Positions 18,885 through 29,230 of a stretch of DNA of 64,000 bases are shown one piece after another. Made by a program: the position numbers and the translations under genes. Numbering within the stretch: position 1 is the first letter of the stretch; each line of letters opens with the position of its first letter. Origin of the DNA: an uncultured Clostridia bacterium (GTDB lineage Bacteria; Bacillota; Clostridia; Oscillospirales; JAAYOS01). The stretch spans positions 32,620-96,619 of the forward strand of contig CALXFK010000070.1 of NCBI GenBank assembly GCA_944387575.1, written 5' to 3'. The notes under the pieces are model-generated. The model had not been told where the DNA came from, searched no databases, and worked only from the letters and a program-made list of their open reading frames with translations.

Positions 18885-21059
18885 ATGGACGGCATACTCG
18901 GCGGGCTGAACGCGCGGCAGCGTGAGGCGGTGGAGGCGACCGAGGGTTACGTGCGTGTGATAGCCGGCGCGGGCACCGGTAAGACGCGCGCGCTGACTCA
19001 CCGGTATGCGTATCTCACCGGGGTAATAGGCGTTCCGCCGCGGAACATTCTTTGCGTCACTTTCACAAACAAGGCGGCAGGCGAGATGCGCCGCCGGATA
19101 CGTTCACTTCTGGGGGACGGGGACACCGGGTATATCGACACGTTCCACAGTTTCTGCGTGTCGGTACTCCAGGAGGATTCGCACGCACTCGGGTATCCCA
19201 AGAGTTTCCTTGTCATAGATAATTCGGATATCGACGCGATGCTTGCCATAATATATGAGGAGCGCGGGCTCACTCTGCGGGACATGACTTTCACCCGCGC
19301 GCGGGACATGATAGAGCTCCGCAAGACGGATAAGCAGCCGGACTACTGTCTGCTGCTTCTCGACATGTCCGCCGAGGAGCTGCACGCGCGCTATCTTGAG
19401 GCGACCGACCCGCAGGACATTATTTTTTACGGGTATCTCTATCAGGAGAAGAAGTGCTTTGCGCTCGACTACAACGACCTCATAATTTTCACTCTTTATA
19501 TGTTCGAACAGAACGAGGCGATCCGCCGGAAGTGGCAGGAGCGGCTCGAGTACATAATGATAGACGAGTTCCAGGACATCGACGCGCTGCAATACCGGCT
19601 CATGGAGGCGCTTGCGGCGCACCACCGCAATCTGTTCGTGGTGGGCGACCCGGACCAGACGATATACAGCTGGCGCGGCGCGGACGTGAAGTTCCTGCTC
19701 AATTTTGAAAATGCGTTCCCCGGCTGCCGCACGATAGTCCTGAGCGAGAACTACCGCTCCACCCCCGAGATAATCGCGGTCGCAAACTCGCTCATCTCCG
19801 CCAACCGCGACCGGATAGAGAAGGAGCTCTGCGCCACCCTCCCCTCCGGCAGGCGAGTGTATTACAGCCATGAAAAGACGGCGGAGCGGGAGGCTGAGTG
19901 GATAGCAAAGACCATAGAGGGTCTTGCGGCGGAGGGCGCGGCATACTCGGAGGTTGCAATACTCTATCGTGCGCACTACGTCTCGCGCGAGCTCGAGGAG
20001 GCGTTTCTGAAGCACGACCTGCCATACACGATATACAGCGGGACGCCGTTCTTCTCGCGCCGCGAGGTCAAGGACGCGCTCTGTTACCTGCGGCTTGTCG
20101 CGCTCCGCGACGACATTTCATTTCGCCGTGTCGCCAATGTCCCCCGGCGCAATATAGGCAAGAGCCGGATGCAGTTTTTGGAGGAGTACGCCACCGAAAA
20201 CGGCTGCACACTCTACGAGGCTCTCGTTCGGAACGCGGACGGTGAGCGTTTCCGCGGCACCGGAGCGGCAAAACTTATTGCGCTCGTCGAGAGGTTTTCG
20301 CGCGACTGCGCAGACCGTCCGATAAGCGAGCTGCTCGGGGACATCCTTGACGCGAGCGGGTATGAGCGCGCGCTGCGTACCGAGGGCAGCCAGACCAGGC
20401 TGGACAACCTTGCCGAACTGCGCCAGTCGATCCATGAGTACGAGATTTCCTGTGGCGAGGAGAGCACACTCGAAAACTACCTCGACCACGCCGCGCTCTT
20501 CACCGCGTCGGATGCAGGCAGCGAACGGAACGTGGTACGCATGATGACGGTACACACCGCCAAGGGGCTCGAGTTCCCGTACGTATTCGTGTGCTCGCTG
20601 GACGAGGGTGTATTCCCCTCGAAAAAGACGTCCACACCCGCGGCAATGGAGGAGGAACGGCGGCTCGCATTTGTCGCGATTACACGCGCGGAAAGGGCGC
20701 TCTTTCTCAGCGACTCGGAGGGGCGGAACCTCGACGGTTCGTTCCGTTGTCCCTCACGTTTTATATTTGACGTCGAGCGCACGCTCCTCGATTACCGCGT
20801 CGAGCTCAGCGACAGTCTGCGTGCTTCGGCAGAGCAGCAGATCTCGGCACAGACCCGCCGTATGCAGCTCTCCGCGACCGCGCCTAGGTTCTCGGTCGGG
20901 GAGAGGATACTTCACCCGGTCATGGGTGCGGGCACTGTGACCGGCATTGACGAGGACAGTTCGCTCTACTACATAAAATTTGATACGCTTGCCACCGCCC
21001 GCCGAATAAGCTGGAACATAAAGCTCGAGCCGGGTGGGATAAAATCTGAAGATCAGTGA
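18885..21059 (+). CDS. UvrD/PcrA-type SF1 ATP-dependent DNA helicase
   Basis: AGAGTGKT, DEFQD, VGDPDQTIYSWRGA, ENYRST, TVHTAKGLEFPYVFV and a PcrA-like C-terminal segment (GERILHPVMGAGTV) are present. I chose the ATG at 18885. Confidence 0.9.
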   Translation: MDGILGGLNARQREAVEATEGYVRVIAGAGTGKTRALTHRYAYLTGVIGVPPRNILCVTFTNKAAGEMRRRIRSLLGDGDTGYIDTFHSFCVSVLQEDSHALGYPKSFLVIDNSDIDAMLAIIYEERGLTLRDMTFTRARDMIELRKTDKQPDYCLLLLDMSAEELHARYLEATDPQDIIFYGYLYQEKKCFALDYNDLIIFTLYMFEQNEAIRRKWQERLEYIMIDEFQDIDALQYRLMEALAAHHRNLFVVGDPDQTIYSWRGADVKFLLNFENAFPGCRTIVLSENYRSTPEIIAVANSLISANRDRIEKELCATLPSGRRVYYSHEKTAEREAEWIAKTIEGLAAEGAAYSEVAILYRAHYVSRELEEAFLKHDLPYTIYSGTPFFSRREVKDALCYLRLVALRDDISFRRVANVPRRNIGKSRMQFLEEYATENGCTLYEALVRNADGERFRGTGAAKLIALVERFSRDCADRPISELLGDILDASGYERALRTEGSQTRLDNLAELRQSIHEYEISCGEESTLENYLDHAALFTASDAGSERNVVRMMTVHTAKGLEFPYVFVCSLDEGVFPSKKTSTPAAMEEERRLAFVAITRAERALFLSDSEGRNLDGSFRCPSRFIFDVERTLLDYRVELSDSLRASAEQQISAQTRRMQLSATAPRFSVGERILHPVMGAGTVTGIDEDSSLYYIKFDTLATARRISWNIKLEPGGIKSEDQ

Positions 21060-21074
21060 GGAAAACGATATAAA

Positions 21075-22007
21075 ATGATAATCTGCGGTCACCAGATCGA
21101 GCATGGAGAGAAAAAGCGCATAGCCATTGCCGTACCGGACGCGAACCCGATAGAGGCGTTCCTGTTCTGCGGCGCGAAGGAAGGGAGGACCCTCGCGATA
21201 ACAGCAGGCGTGCACGGCTGCGAGTACGTCGGCATAGAGACTGCGCACCGGCTCTCCGAATCGCTTGACCCGGCGTTGATGCGCGGGAACGTCATACTTC
21301 TGCCGCTTGTCAACGCGGGCGGATTTCTTGCCGGTGCAAAGCAGGTCGTGCCGGAGGACGGCGCGAACCTGAATCGCGTGTTCCCCGGCGAGATAAACGG
21401 CACCCTCTCCCGGCGAATGTCCTATCTCATCGAACACACGGTGTTTCCTTACGCCGACTTCCTTATCGACCTTCACGGCGGAGACTGCAATGAATCCCTC
21501 TTCCCGCTCGTGTTCCACCCCGGCGCAGGCTCCCCTGCGGTAAACGCCTGTGCGCTCGAGGCGGCGCGCTCCCTCTCGGTCAGGTACCTCGTGCGCTCCA
21601 CCTCAAAAAACGGGCTTTACAGCTGGGCGGTACAGCGGGGCGTACCTGCACTGCTCATCGAGCGCGGCTCTGGCGGCTCGTGGTCTGAGGAGGAGGTCGC
21701 GCGCTGCACCGAGGACGTGATGCGCATAATGAGCCACCTCGACATCATCGACGGAGATTACCCTCCGGTCGAGCAGGTCGAAATATCTCTCACAACATAT
21801 CTTGAGGCAGAGTTCGGCGGATTCTGGTACCCGGAGGTCACAGCGGGTCAACACGTCCGCAAGGGCGATCTGCTCGGCACCCTCCGCGCCTACCCCAACA
21901 GACAGCTTCTCCGCCTGTACGCCCAGTCGGACGGGGTTGTGCTCTACTACACCACCGCGCTCGGCGTGCGCACGGGCGACCCCCTCGTCGCGTACGGAAT
22001 ACAGTGA
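21075..22007 (+). CDS. succinylglutamate desuccinylase/aspartoacylase (M14-like) family protein
   Basis: AGVHGCEY.G, NRVFPG and DLHGGD are present. It begins 15 nt downstream of the helicase stop. Confidence 0.8.
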   Translation: MIICGHQIEHGEKKRIAIAVPDANPIEAFLFCGAKEGRTLAITAGVHGCEYVGIETAHRLSESLDPALMRGNVILLPLVNAGGFLAGAKQVVPEDGANLNRVFPGEINGTLSRRMSYLIEHTVFPYADFLIDLHGGDCNESLFPLVFHPGAGSPAVNACALEAARSLSVRYLVRSTSKNGLYSWAVQRGVPALLIERGSGGSWSEEEVARCTEDVMRIMSHLDIIDGDYPPVEQVEISLTTYLEAEFGGFWYPEVTAGQHVRKGDLLGTLRAYPNRQLLRLYAQSDGVVLYYTTALGVRTGDPLVAYGIQ

Positions 22008-22008
22008 C

Positions 22009-22036
22009 AAAAAGGACGCCTCCCGGCGTCCTTTTT
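22009..22036. terminator. bidirectional intrinsic terminator between the M14 gene and potD
   Basis: AAAAA-GGACGCC-tccc-GGCGTCC-TTTTT. Confidence 0.85.
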
Positions 22037-22054
22037 GCTATTCAAGTGCGGTCT

Positions 22055-23098
22055 TTAACCGAAAATAATACGGTTCCAGATCTCGTTGTACACTTCCACA
22101 TACTCGCCAAGGTCGACAAAGACCTCCGAGTCGGCGATCTGCTCGCTTGCGGGGTACTGGACGCCGTCGTTCTTGATCTCGTCAGGCAGCGCGTCCACAA
22201 CCTCGGTCTGGGGGCTGGAGTAGTTTATGTAGGCGCGGTTCATCTCCGCGATGTCTGTACGGCACATGAAGTCGATGAACTGCTCTGCGAGCTCCTTGTT
22301 TTCGGAGGTTTCAAGCACGCACATCGCGTCAAAGAAGAGGTTCGAACCCTCTACCGGGACCGCGAACTTGAGGTCGCTGTTCTCGTTTATGCAGGTTATC
22401 GCGTCGCCGGCGTAGACCACTGCGAGCGCAGCCTCTCCGCCTATCATCTTGTCCTTGACCTCGTCGCCGGTGTAGTCGAGCACGAGCGGCTTCTGCTCCT
22501 TGAGCAGCGCCTCAGCCTCTGCGAGCTCCGCATCGTTGGTGGAGTTCATGGAGTATCCGAGGTAATCGAGCGCAACACCTATCGAGTCACGCACCGAGTC
22601 CATCATGAAGAGCCTGCCCGAGTAGTTCTCGTCAAACAGCACCGACCAGGACTCGACCGGACCGTCCACCAGAGTGGTGTTGTAGAGGATGCCAAGAGTG
22701 CCCCACATGTACGGGACCGAATACTCGTTGTTCGGGTCATAACCGAGGTTCTTGAACCGGTCCTCGATGAGGCTGTAATTCTCCATGGCGCTCACGTCTA
22801 TCTTCGCGAGCATCCCCTCGTTTATCATCTTGCTTATCATGTAATCAGACGGAATCACCACGTCGTAACCCGCGGCGTCACCCTTCGAGACGAGGTTGGT
22901 ATACATGGCTTCATTGGTGTCGTAAGTGTCGTACACGACCTCAACGCCATACTCCTCCTCGAACATGTCGAGCACCGCTTCATCGATGTAGTCGCCCCAG
23001 TTATACACCTTGAGCGTGGGCTTCGAGCCGCTTGAACAGGCGGATACAAGGCCGCAAAGCAACACGGCGCAGAGTACAAGGCAAACAAGTTTTTTCAA
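22055..23098 (-). CDS. potD: spermidine/putrescine ABC transporter substrate-binding lipoprotein
   Basis: It shows a PotD-like body. The likely start is TTG at 23098, after AAGGAGA, which gives the signal peptide KKLVCLVLCAVLLCGLVSAC. The track start at 23143 is probably too long. Confidence 0.88.
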   Translation of the reverse strand: MKKLVCLVLCAVLLCGLVSACSSGSKPTLKVYNWGDYIDEAVLDMFEEEYGVEVVYDTYDTNEAMYTNLVSKGDAAGYDVVIPSDYMISKMINEGMLAKIDVSAMENYSLIEDRFKNLGYDPNNEYSVPYMWGTLGILYNTTLVDGPVESWSVLFDENYSGRLFMMDSVRDSIGVALDYLGYSMNSTNDAELAEAEALLKEQKPLVLDYTGDEVKDKMIGGEAALAVVYAGDAITCINENSDLKFAVPVEGSNLFFDAMCVLETSENKELAEQFIDFMCRTDIAEMNRAYINYSSPQTEVVDALPDEIKNDGVQYPASEQIADSEVFVDLGEYVEVYNEIWNRIIFG

Positions 23099-23166
23099 TT
23101 CGGGTAGTCTCCTTTTCAAATATACATATATTACCACAGGCATTCGCCTGACGGTTTCAATTCCGC

Positions 23167-24006
23167 TCAGCGGTGTCGAGCACGGTTGCGCGCGGCGCGC
23201 TCACGCTCTCGGGCATCCTTCGAGGCACGTACATTGACCACTATGAGCAGCGCGAGCACGACAATGAACATCACCGCGCTCAGCGCGTTTATCTGGTTCT
23301 TGAGTTTCGTGCCCTTGGTTATGGCGGTGTAGATGACGGTGGAGAGGGTGTTGATACCGTCTCCCTTTGTAAAGAAAGAAATCACAAAGTCGTCTATCGA
23401 GAGGGTGAATGCGAGAATTGCGCCGGTGATGATACCGGGCATTATCTCCGGGATGACGACCTTTATTATCGCGCCGAGCGGCGTGCACCCGAGGTCGAGC
23501 GCCGCCTCATAGGAGTGCTTGTTCATCTGATGGAGCTTCGGCATGACCGAGAGGATGACGTACGGGATATTGAAGGTGACGTGCGCAAGAAGCAGGCTCA
23601 CCCGCCCGAACGGGATGGACAAGAACATGAAAAGCACCATCAGCGATACGCCGGTCACGATATCCGCGTTAGTGACCGGGATATAGGTGAGGTTAGTGAT
23701 GAGCGTCTGCGGCAGCCTGCGCATCGAGTTTATACCGATGGCGGCTGCCGTACCCACGACAGTCGCTATCGCGGCGGACGCCGCAGCGATAAAGAGGGTA
23801 TTTACCAGCGCATCGCGTATTGAGGAGTTCTCGAGCAGCGCCGTATACCACTTCAGCGAAAACCCGCCCCACACCGCGCGGCTGGACGACTCGTTGAAAC
23901 TCAGAACTATGAGCACGACTATCGGCAGATACAGGAACAGGAAGATGATTGCGGAGTACGCCCCCTTGCAGGCGGAAATAAGTTTCTTCACTTCGCGCCT
24001 CCTCAC
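23167..24006 (-). CDS. potC: spermidine/putrescine ABC transporter permease
   Basis: It has six TM segments and a BPD-transporter loop. A GTGA junction overlaps potB. Confidence 0.88.
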   Translation of the reverse strand: MRRREVKKLISACKGAYSAIIFLFLYLPIVVLIVLSFNESSSRAVWGGFSLKWYTALLENSSIRDALVNTLFIAAASAAIATVVGTAAAIGINSMRRLPQTLITNLTYIPVTNADIVTGVSLMVLFMFLSIPFGRVSLLLAHVTFNIPYVILSVMPKLHQMNKHSYEAALDLGCTPLGAIIKVVIPEIMPGIITGAILAFTLSIDDFVISFFTKGDGINTLSTVIYTAITKGTKLKNQINALSAVMFIVVLALLIVVNVRASKDARERERAARNRARHR

Positions 24007-24905
24007 ATCAGCAGACCGCCGGATGCGGACTGTTCCTTCTCATACCTGCCCATAACGCCCATCATGAGCAGGATCATGACCATTATTATGACGCTCATTG
24101 CAGAGCCGAAGCCCCAGTTTCCGGTCGCAAACTCGCGCTCGATGAGGTCGCCGATGAGCGCATTCTTTCCGCCGAGAAGGCGGGACACTATGAAGGTCGT
24201 GACCGCGGGCACAAAGGTCATCGTCACCCCGCTTACCACGCCGGGCAGGCTCAGCGGGAAGATAACGCGGCGGAAGGTGGCGCTGAAATTCGCGCCGAGG
24301 TCGCCCGCCGCCTCCAGATACATCCCATCCAGCTTGACGATGGTGTTATATATGGGCAGTATCATGAACGGCAGAAAATTGTACACGTTTCCGAAAACTA
24401 TTGCGCCCTTCGTGTACATGAACTGCACCGGTCCGACGCCGATGTGCCCGAGCAGCGTATTTATGACGCCGGTGTTCTCGAGCAGAGTCATCCACGCGAA
24501 AGTGCGCAGAAGAAAGTTCATCCACATCGGCAGCACGAAAAGGAAGCTCACCATCCCCCGCACCGACGGGCGCATCTTCGAGAGGATATACGCCATCGGG
24601 TATCCGAGGATGAGGCAGACTATCGTGGACAGCGCCGCTATCCAGACCGAGTCCCACAGCGAGCGGAGATACATCGGGTTCGAGAGGTCAAAAAACTTCT
24701 CAAAGTATTTCAGTGTCAGCTCCCAGCCGCCGCCCTGCTGGTAGCAGAGGGAGTAGACGACGATGAGCACCATAGGCGCAAGAATGAATATCAGCGCGTA
24801 CACCGTATACGGCAGCGCCACAAAAGAAAGGCGGAACTTCTTTTTCAACCTTCCCACCGGTCCTTTCCTGACAGACTTCCCGGAGCACCGGGCGCTACTT
24901 TTCAC
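24003..24905 (-). CDS. potB: spermidine/putrescine ABC transporter permease
   Basis: It has a permease fold. A GTGA junction overlaps potA. Confidence 0.88.
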   Translation of the reverse strand: MKSSARCSGKSVRKGPVGRLKKKFRLSFVALPYTVYALIFILAPMVLIVVYSLCYQQGGGWELTLKYFEKFFDLSNPMYLRSLWDSVWIAALSTIVCLILGYPMAYILSKMRPSVRGMVSFLFVLPMWMNFLLRTFAWMTLLENTGVINTLLGHIGVGPVQFMYTKGAIVFGNVYNFLPFMILPIYNTIVKLDGMYLEAAGDLGANFSATFRRVIFPLSLPGVVSGVTMTFVPAVTTFIVSRLLGGKNALIGDLIEREFATGNWGFGSAMSVIIMVMILLMMGVMGRYEKEQSASGGLLM

Positions 24906-25987
24906 TTCTCTTCCGACTCATACTCCGCTTCGTCGCTCCACACGTCGACGTCGCTCTTGTGCATTATGTGTATGTCGTCCGGCGTGATGGTCATGCCAAC
25001 GGTGCTTCCCACCGCCTGCGGGTCGGTCGAATGGATCATCCACTCGAAGTCTCCGGAATCAACCATCATCTCGTAGTGCACGCCCTTGAACACAATGCTC
25101 TTGACCGTCCCGGACCACTTTCCCTGCTCCACCGGCACACAGTCGATGTCCTCCGGGCGGATGACGACGTCCACCGCCTCGTCCCTGGCAAAACCGCGGT
25201 CTACACACTCGAAGCGGTGACCGCCGAAGCTTACGTCGAAGTCGGCGTGCATGACACCGTCGATGATATTGCTCTCGCCGATGAAGTCGGCGACAAACTT
25301 GTTTTTCGGCTCGTTATAAATATCTATCGGCGTTCCAACCTGCTGGATGCTGCCCCCGTTCATGACCACAACGGTGTCGCTCATCGTGAGCGCCTCCTCC
25401 TGGTCGTGCGTGACATACACGAAGGTGATGCCGCTCTGCTGCTGTATACGCTTCAGCTCGGTCTGCATGTCCTTGCGGAGCTTGAGATCGAGCGCTCCGA
25501 GCGGCTCATCGAGCAGGAGCACCTGCGGACGATTGACGAGAGCGCGTGCTATCGCCACCCGCTGCTGCTGACCGCCGGAGAGCTGGGACACGTCCCTCTT
25601 CTCATATCCGCTAAGCCCGACAAGCGAGAGCATCTCCTCCACCCGCGGCTTTATCTCCTGCTTTGGGACCTTTGCCACGCGGAGCCCGAACGCAACGTTC
25701 TCGAATACGTCCAGGTGCGGGAAGAGCGCATACCGCTGGAACACAGTGTTCACCTTTCGTTTATACGGCGGAACGTCATTAATCCTCACACCATCGAAAA
25801 GCACGTCACCCGAGGTTGGCACCTCGAAGCCGCCTATTAACCGAAGCGTGGTCGTCTTGCCACACCCGCTCGGTCCCAACAGTGTGAGGAATTCCTTGTC
25901 GTTTATTGTAAGATCGATGGAGTTCAGGACCACTTCCCCGTCATACGCCATGACACATTTCACAAGGCGAATGAGCTCTTTTGCCAT
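24902..25987 (-). CDS. potA: spermidine/putrescine ABC transporter ATPase
   Basis: [24 protein letters not shown] and LLLDEPL are present, plus a C-terminal TOBE-like domain. Confidence 0.93.
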   Translation of the reverse strand: MAKELIRLVKCVMAYDGEVVLNSIDLTINDKEFLTLLGPSGCGKTTTLRLIGGFEVPTSGDVLFDGVRINDVPPYKRKVNTVFQRYALFPHLDVFENVAFGLRVAKVPKQEIKPRVEEMLSLVGLSGYEKRDVSQLSGGQQQRVAIARALVNRPQVLLLDEPLGALDLKLRKDMQTELKRIQQQSGITFVYVTHDQEEALTMSDTVVVMNGGSIQQVGTPIDIYNEPKNKFVADFIGESNIIDGVMHADFDVSFGGHRFECVDRGFARDEAVDVVIRPEDIDCVPVEQGKWSGTVKSIVFKGVHYEMMVDSGDFEWMIHSTDPQAVGSTVGMTITPDDIHIMHKSDVDVWSDEAEYESEEK

Positions 25988-26038
25988 TTATCAGCCCCCC
26001 TATACCGTTTGAGAGATGTTACGCTTTTTACAGCATAC

Positions 26039-26068
26039 AATATAAGACCTGCCCGTCCGATTGTCAAT
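26039..26068 (-). promoter_or_regulatory. candidate sigma-70 promoter of potABCD
   Basis: The minus strand reads TTGACA-N17-TATATT, about 50 nt upstream of the potA ATG. Confidence 0.6.
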
Positions 26069-26335
26069 CTAAAAAACCAAAATTTCCGCGTTTTTTTACA
26101 ATAAAATCATGTGCAAGTCGCCGAAAACAAAAGTCACACCCCGCAATGCTCTTTTTTTCTCGCTCTCCGACTGAAATGCTCACGTTTTCTCACGTTCATT
26201 TTTCTTTGTAAAACCGTTTCTTTTTACCGTCCGCTTTGCCCGCGATATTTCCCGACCCGCTTTGCCGCGCCCCGGCTGTAACATTAAATCACTTGACACG
26301 CGCACGTGCGCGGAAACAGGAGGTTTAAATGTAAA

Positions 26336-28777
26336 ATGAACGGAACGGTAAAGCGGGGACGAAACACCCGCGTATTCTCCCCACGCGACGGGTCGCACGA
26401 ACGACGCGCCTCACAACGCGCGCCAAAGCGCGCGCCGCGCGTCAAAACGCGCGGCAGCGGGGCTACGGTGGACGCAGGCGCAGGTCCAGGCGAGGGTGCG
26501 AGTGTTGGCATGGGCGCAAGCAGCGGTCTGTCGCTTGCACGCCGCATTCTGCAAAGCCGCGCCGCGCATAAACTCTGGCAGTGCACGCTACGGGCTGCCG
26601 CCGGTTTCATCGCAGCGCAGGGGGCGTTCGGTGGCACACGCGCGCCGTTTGGCGCAGCGTTTGCGGCGGCAGGGGCGGCTCTGCCCTCCGCAGGCGCCGC
26701 AGGAGTGCTCGGGGCACTCGGCGCTGCGGCGGGCAGCATTATGCGCTTCCGTATGAGCGACAGCCTACGCTACATGGCGGCGGCTCTGCTCTCTGCAGTA
26801 GCGGTCTACGCCGCGCAGGACACCCGGCTCGCTTCGAAGGTATGGTTTCGCCCTCTATGTGCGGTTGCGAGCCTTGCCGCGGTGGGTCTTGTGACGCTTA
26901 CCGGAGGCGGACAGGGCGGCGCGGTGATGCTCATCTGCGAGTTGATACTCTCCTGCGGCGCCGCCTTCGCCTATCAACATCTCCTTGCGGGTCAGACCGG
27001 CGCAGAACCACTTCGTCACCCCCGCATACCGCCCGGGGTGGCGGAGGTCGGAGCTGCGGCTACGCTGATGTTCGGGCTTGCAGGGTTCACTCTGCCCGGG
27101 GGGTTTGCGCCGGTGCGGATAGCGGCGCTCGCGCTTGCTCTCTTCTGCGGGTACTCCGGCGGTGCGGGCGCAGGAGCCGCCTCGGGGCTTGCGTTTGGTG
27201 CGGCGTCCGGTGGGTCTGCTGGGTTCTGTGTGATGGCGGCATTCGGAGGGCTCGGCGCGGGGATAGTCCGAGGTTCGGGGCGAACGTGGAGCTGCATGGT
27301 GTTCCTGATGAGCTCGGTCGCGGCGGCGCTTATCGACATGCCTGACGCCACCTCTCTCTACGAGACCACCCTTGCAGGCGCACTATTCATGCTCATCCCT
27401 GAACGCAGGCTGCCGGTGCTCGCGATGTTCAGTCCACCCTCCCGTGGCGGCGCGGAGCGGCGGGCACTTGCCGCCTGCGAGCGGCAGCAGACGGCACTAG
27501 GGCGCGCGCTTGGCGAGCTTGGCAAGTACATCGCAGGCGCCCCTCCCGTCGAGGAACGCGAACTGGGTCAGGTGTTCGACCGCGCCGCCTCCCGCGCATG
27601 CAGCCGCTGTGCGCTGCGTACCCTCTGTTGGGAGCGCGACCGACTGAACACCTGCGCCGCAATGAATTCTCTCGAAACCGCTCTTGTCGAGCGCGGTCGC
27701 GTGGTCGCCGCCGACCTGCCCGCATCCTTTGCCTCCCGCTGCCTGCGTCCCGACCTGTTCCTCGCGGCGGTAAACGAGGAGATGCGGGTCTGGCAGCTCG
27801 GCAGGATCTCAGCGCGACGACTCGAATATATGCGCCGTGCGGCAGGTTCTGAGTGTGAGGCTATAGCTGGACTTCTAGGAGTAGCACCCGAGCGCACACG
27901 CCCCGCGCCCGCCGCCGAGCTCAAACTTCGCCGCGCGCTCAAGACCGCCGGCATCGAGGCCGAGTGCGAGGCATGGCGCACCGCCGAGGGGCGACTCTGC
28001 GCCGAAATAAGCGGTAGGGAGCTCTCTCCGTTCGCAAGTGACGGTGGGGCGGCGCTCTCGAACGCGGTCGGGGTCCGCTTTGCCCCACCAGAGCTCCGCC
28101 GCCTACCTGACGGAGACCTTCTTCTCATGCGGCAGCGAGAACCGCGCAGTGCGACGGTCGGTGTCGCGTGCCGCCGTCGAAACGGCAGCCCGCGCAGCGG
28201 CGACAGCGGAATATGGTTCCGAACCGCGTCCGGCGAACTCGTGGTGATCGTGTCCGACGGCATGGGCAGCGGAGGGGAGGCTGCCGGGGACAGTCAGGCG
28301 ACCGTCCGTCTCGTGGAACAGCTCGTGCGGGCAGGCTGCGACCCCCAGCGTGCACTCGCCGCAGTCAGCGGAGCGATGGCACTGCGAAACGAGGAGCGTG
28401 CCGGGTTCGCGAGCGCCGACCTCTGTATTCTCGACCTGTTTGGCGGGAACGGAAAACTGCTCAAGTGCGGCGCTGCACCGACATATCTCCGCTACGCCGG
28501 ACGCACCGGCAGGGTGAGCGGAGGGAATCTTCCAGGTGGTCTCTCCCCACGAAGCCAGGTGCGCGAGGTCAAGCTGCGGCTCGGGGACTGTGACTGCGTA
28601 GTGATGGTAACCGACGGCGTCTGCGACGGCTCGGACGATGGCTGGCTGCGCGAGCTGATACGCACCGGTGGCGACGACCCACGCGCGCTTGCCGCCCGGA
28701 TAGCGGACGCTGCATGGGAGCGCACCGGCGGCGCAGACGACCTCACCGCAGTCTGTATTTCGCTTTCACCTCGCTGA
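26336..28777 (+). CDS. spoIIE: stage II sporulation protein E (PP2C phosphatase, polytopic N-terminus)
   Basis: The Ala/Gly-rich N-terminal half has many TM segments. The C-terminal PP2C region reads VSDGMGSGGEAA ... MVTDGV. The start is uncertain. The ATG at 26336 follows AGGAGG, and the ATG at 26510 is an alternative. Confidence 0.85.
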   Translation: MNGTVKRGRNTRVFSPRDGSHERRASQRAPKRAPRVKTRGSGATVDAGAGPGEGASVGMGASSGLSLARRILQSRAAHKLWQCTLRAAAGFIAAQGAFGGTRAPFGAAFAAAGAALPSAGAAGVLGALGAAAGSIMRFRMSDSLRYMAAALLSAVAVYAAQDTRLASKVWFRPLCAVASLAAVGLVTLTGGGQGGAVMLICELILSCGAAFAYQHLLAGQTGAEPLRHPRIPPGVAEVGAAATLMFGLAGFTLPGGFAPVRIAALALALFCGYSGGAGAGAASGLAFGAASGGSAGFCVMAAFGGLGAGIVRGSGRTWSCMVFLMSSVAAALIDMPDATSLYETTLAGALFMLIPERRLPVLAMFSPPSRGGAERRALAACERQQTALGRALGELGKYIAGAPPVEERELGQVFDRAASRACSRCALRTLCWERDRLNTCAAMNSLETALVERGRVVAADLPASFASRCLRPDLFLAAVNEEMRVWQLGRISARRLEYMRRAAGSECEAIAGLLGVAPERTRPAPAAELKLRRALKTAGIEAECEAWRTAEGRLCAEISGRELSPFASDGGAALSNAVGVRFAPPELRRLPDGDLLLMRQREPRSATVGVACRRRNGSPRSGDSGIWFRTASGELVVIVSDGMGSGGEAAGDSQATVRLVEQLVRAGCDPQRALAAVSGAMALRNEERAGFASADLCILDLFGGNGKLLKCGAAPTYLRYAGRTGRVSGGNLPGGLSPRSQVREVKLRLGDCDCVVMVTDGVCDGSDDGWLRELIRTGGDDPRALAARIADAAWERTGGADDLTAVCISLSPR

Positions 28778-28840
28778 GGCGGTATATTCTTCCGCCGGAC
28801 GGGAGAGACTACCTTCGAATTGTAAAACGGAGGCGGACTA

Positions 28841-29113
28841 ATGGTAAAAGGGGTCACGCGGCGGGTCGTTGTAGTTCGACCTGAGCCGGACGGCATATTT
28901 GAACAGGCAATATTTATTGTTAAGAGCAGCGGCGCGGCAAAGGACGGACGTAGCCCGGACGACCTGCTCCGGGAGGCGTGCCGCGTCGCGGCGGGCTGCT
29001 CCGGCTCGCGTGGCGGACATTCGCGACTGATGCGTATGTTGCGTCTCGCCGCCCCCGCGGCTGCGGGAGGCGCAGCAGTTGGCGCCGCGTGGCTTCTGAG
29101 CACTCTCGTCTGA
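28841..29113 (+). CDS. small hypothetical protein with a C-terminal hydrophobic anchor
   Basis: It is 90 aa, and its ATG follows GGAGG. The N-terminal part is VTRRVVVVRPEPDGIFEQAIFIV and the tail is AAVGAAWLLSTLV. Confidence 0.55.
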   Translation: MVKGVTRRVVVVRPEPDGIFEQAIFIVKSSGAAKDGRSPDDLLREACRVAAGCSGSRGGHSRLMRMLRLAAPAAAGGAAVGAAWLLSTLV

Positions 29114-29230
29114 GGCAGACGGCAACTTTCGCTTTTCTTATTGCAAAAAGCGTCAACGTGTATTAAACTTGTGTAAATACGACAACACACAAACACACCG
29201 CCTCACATCGAGAGAAAGCGAGGGACCGGC

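Noticed and set aside
22004-25840. Plus-strand ORFs 22004-23035, 23173-23823, 24064-24744, 24444-25076 and 24959-25840.
   Set aside because: All are antisense to potABCD, and none shows a recognisable motif.
26284-28355. Several ORFs on both strands within spoIIE, for example 26284-26739 (-), 26581-27345 (+) and 27568-28263 (-).
   Set aside because: They overlap the clearly recognisable SpoIIE reading frame. They arise from the Ala/Gly/Arg-rich, very high-GC sequence.
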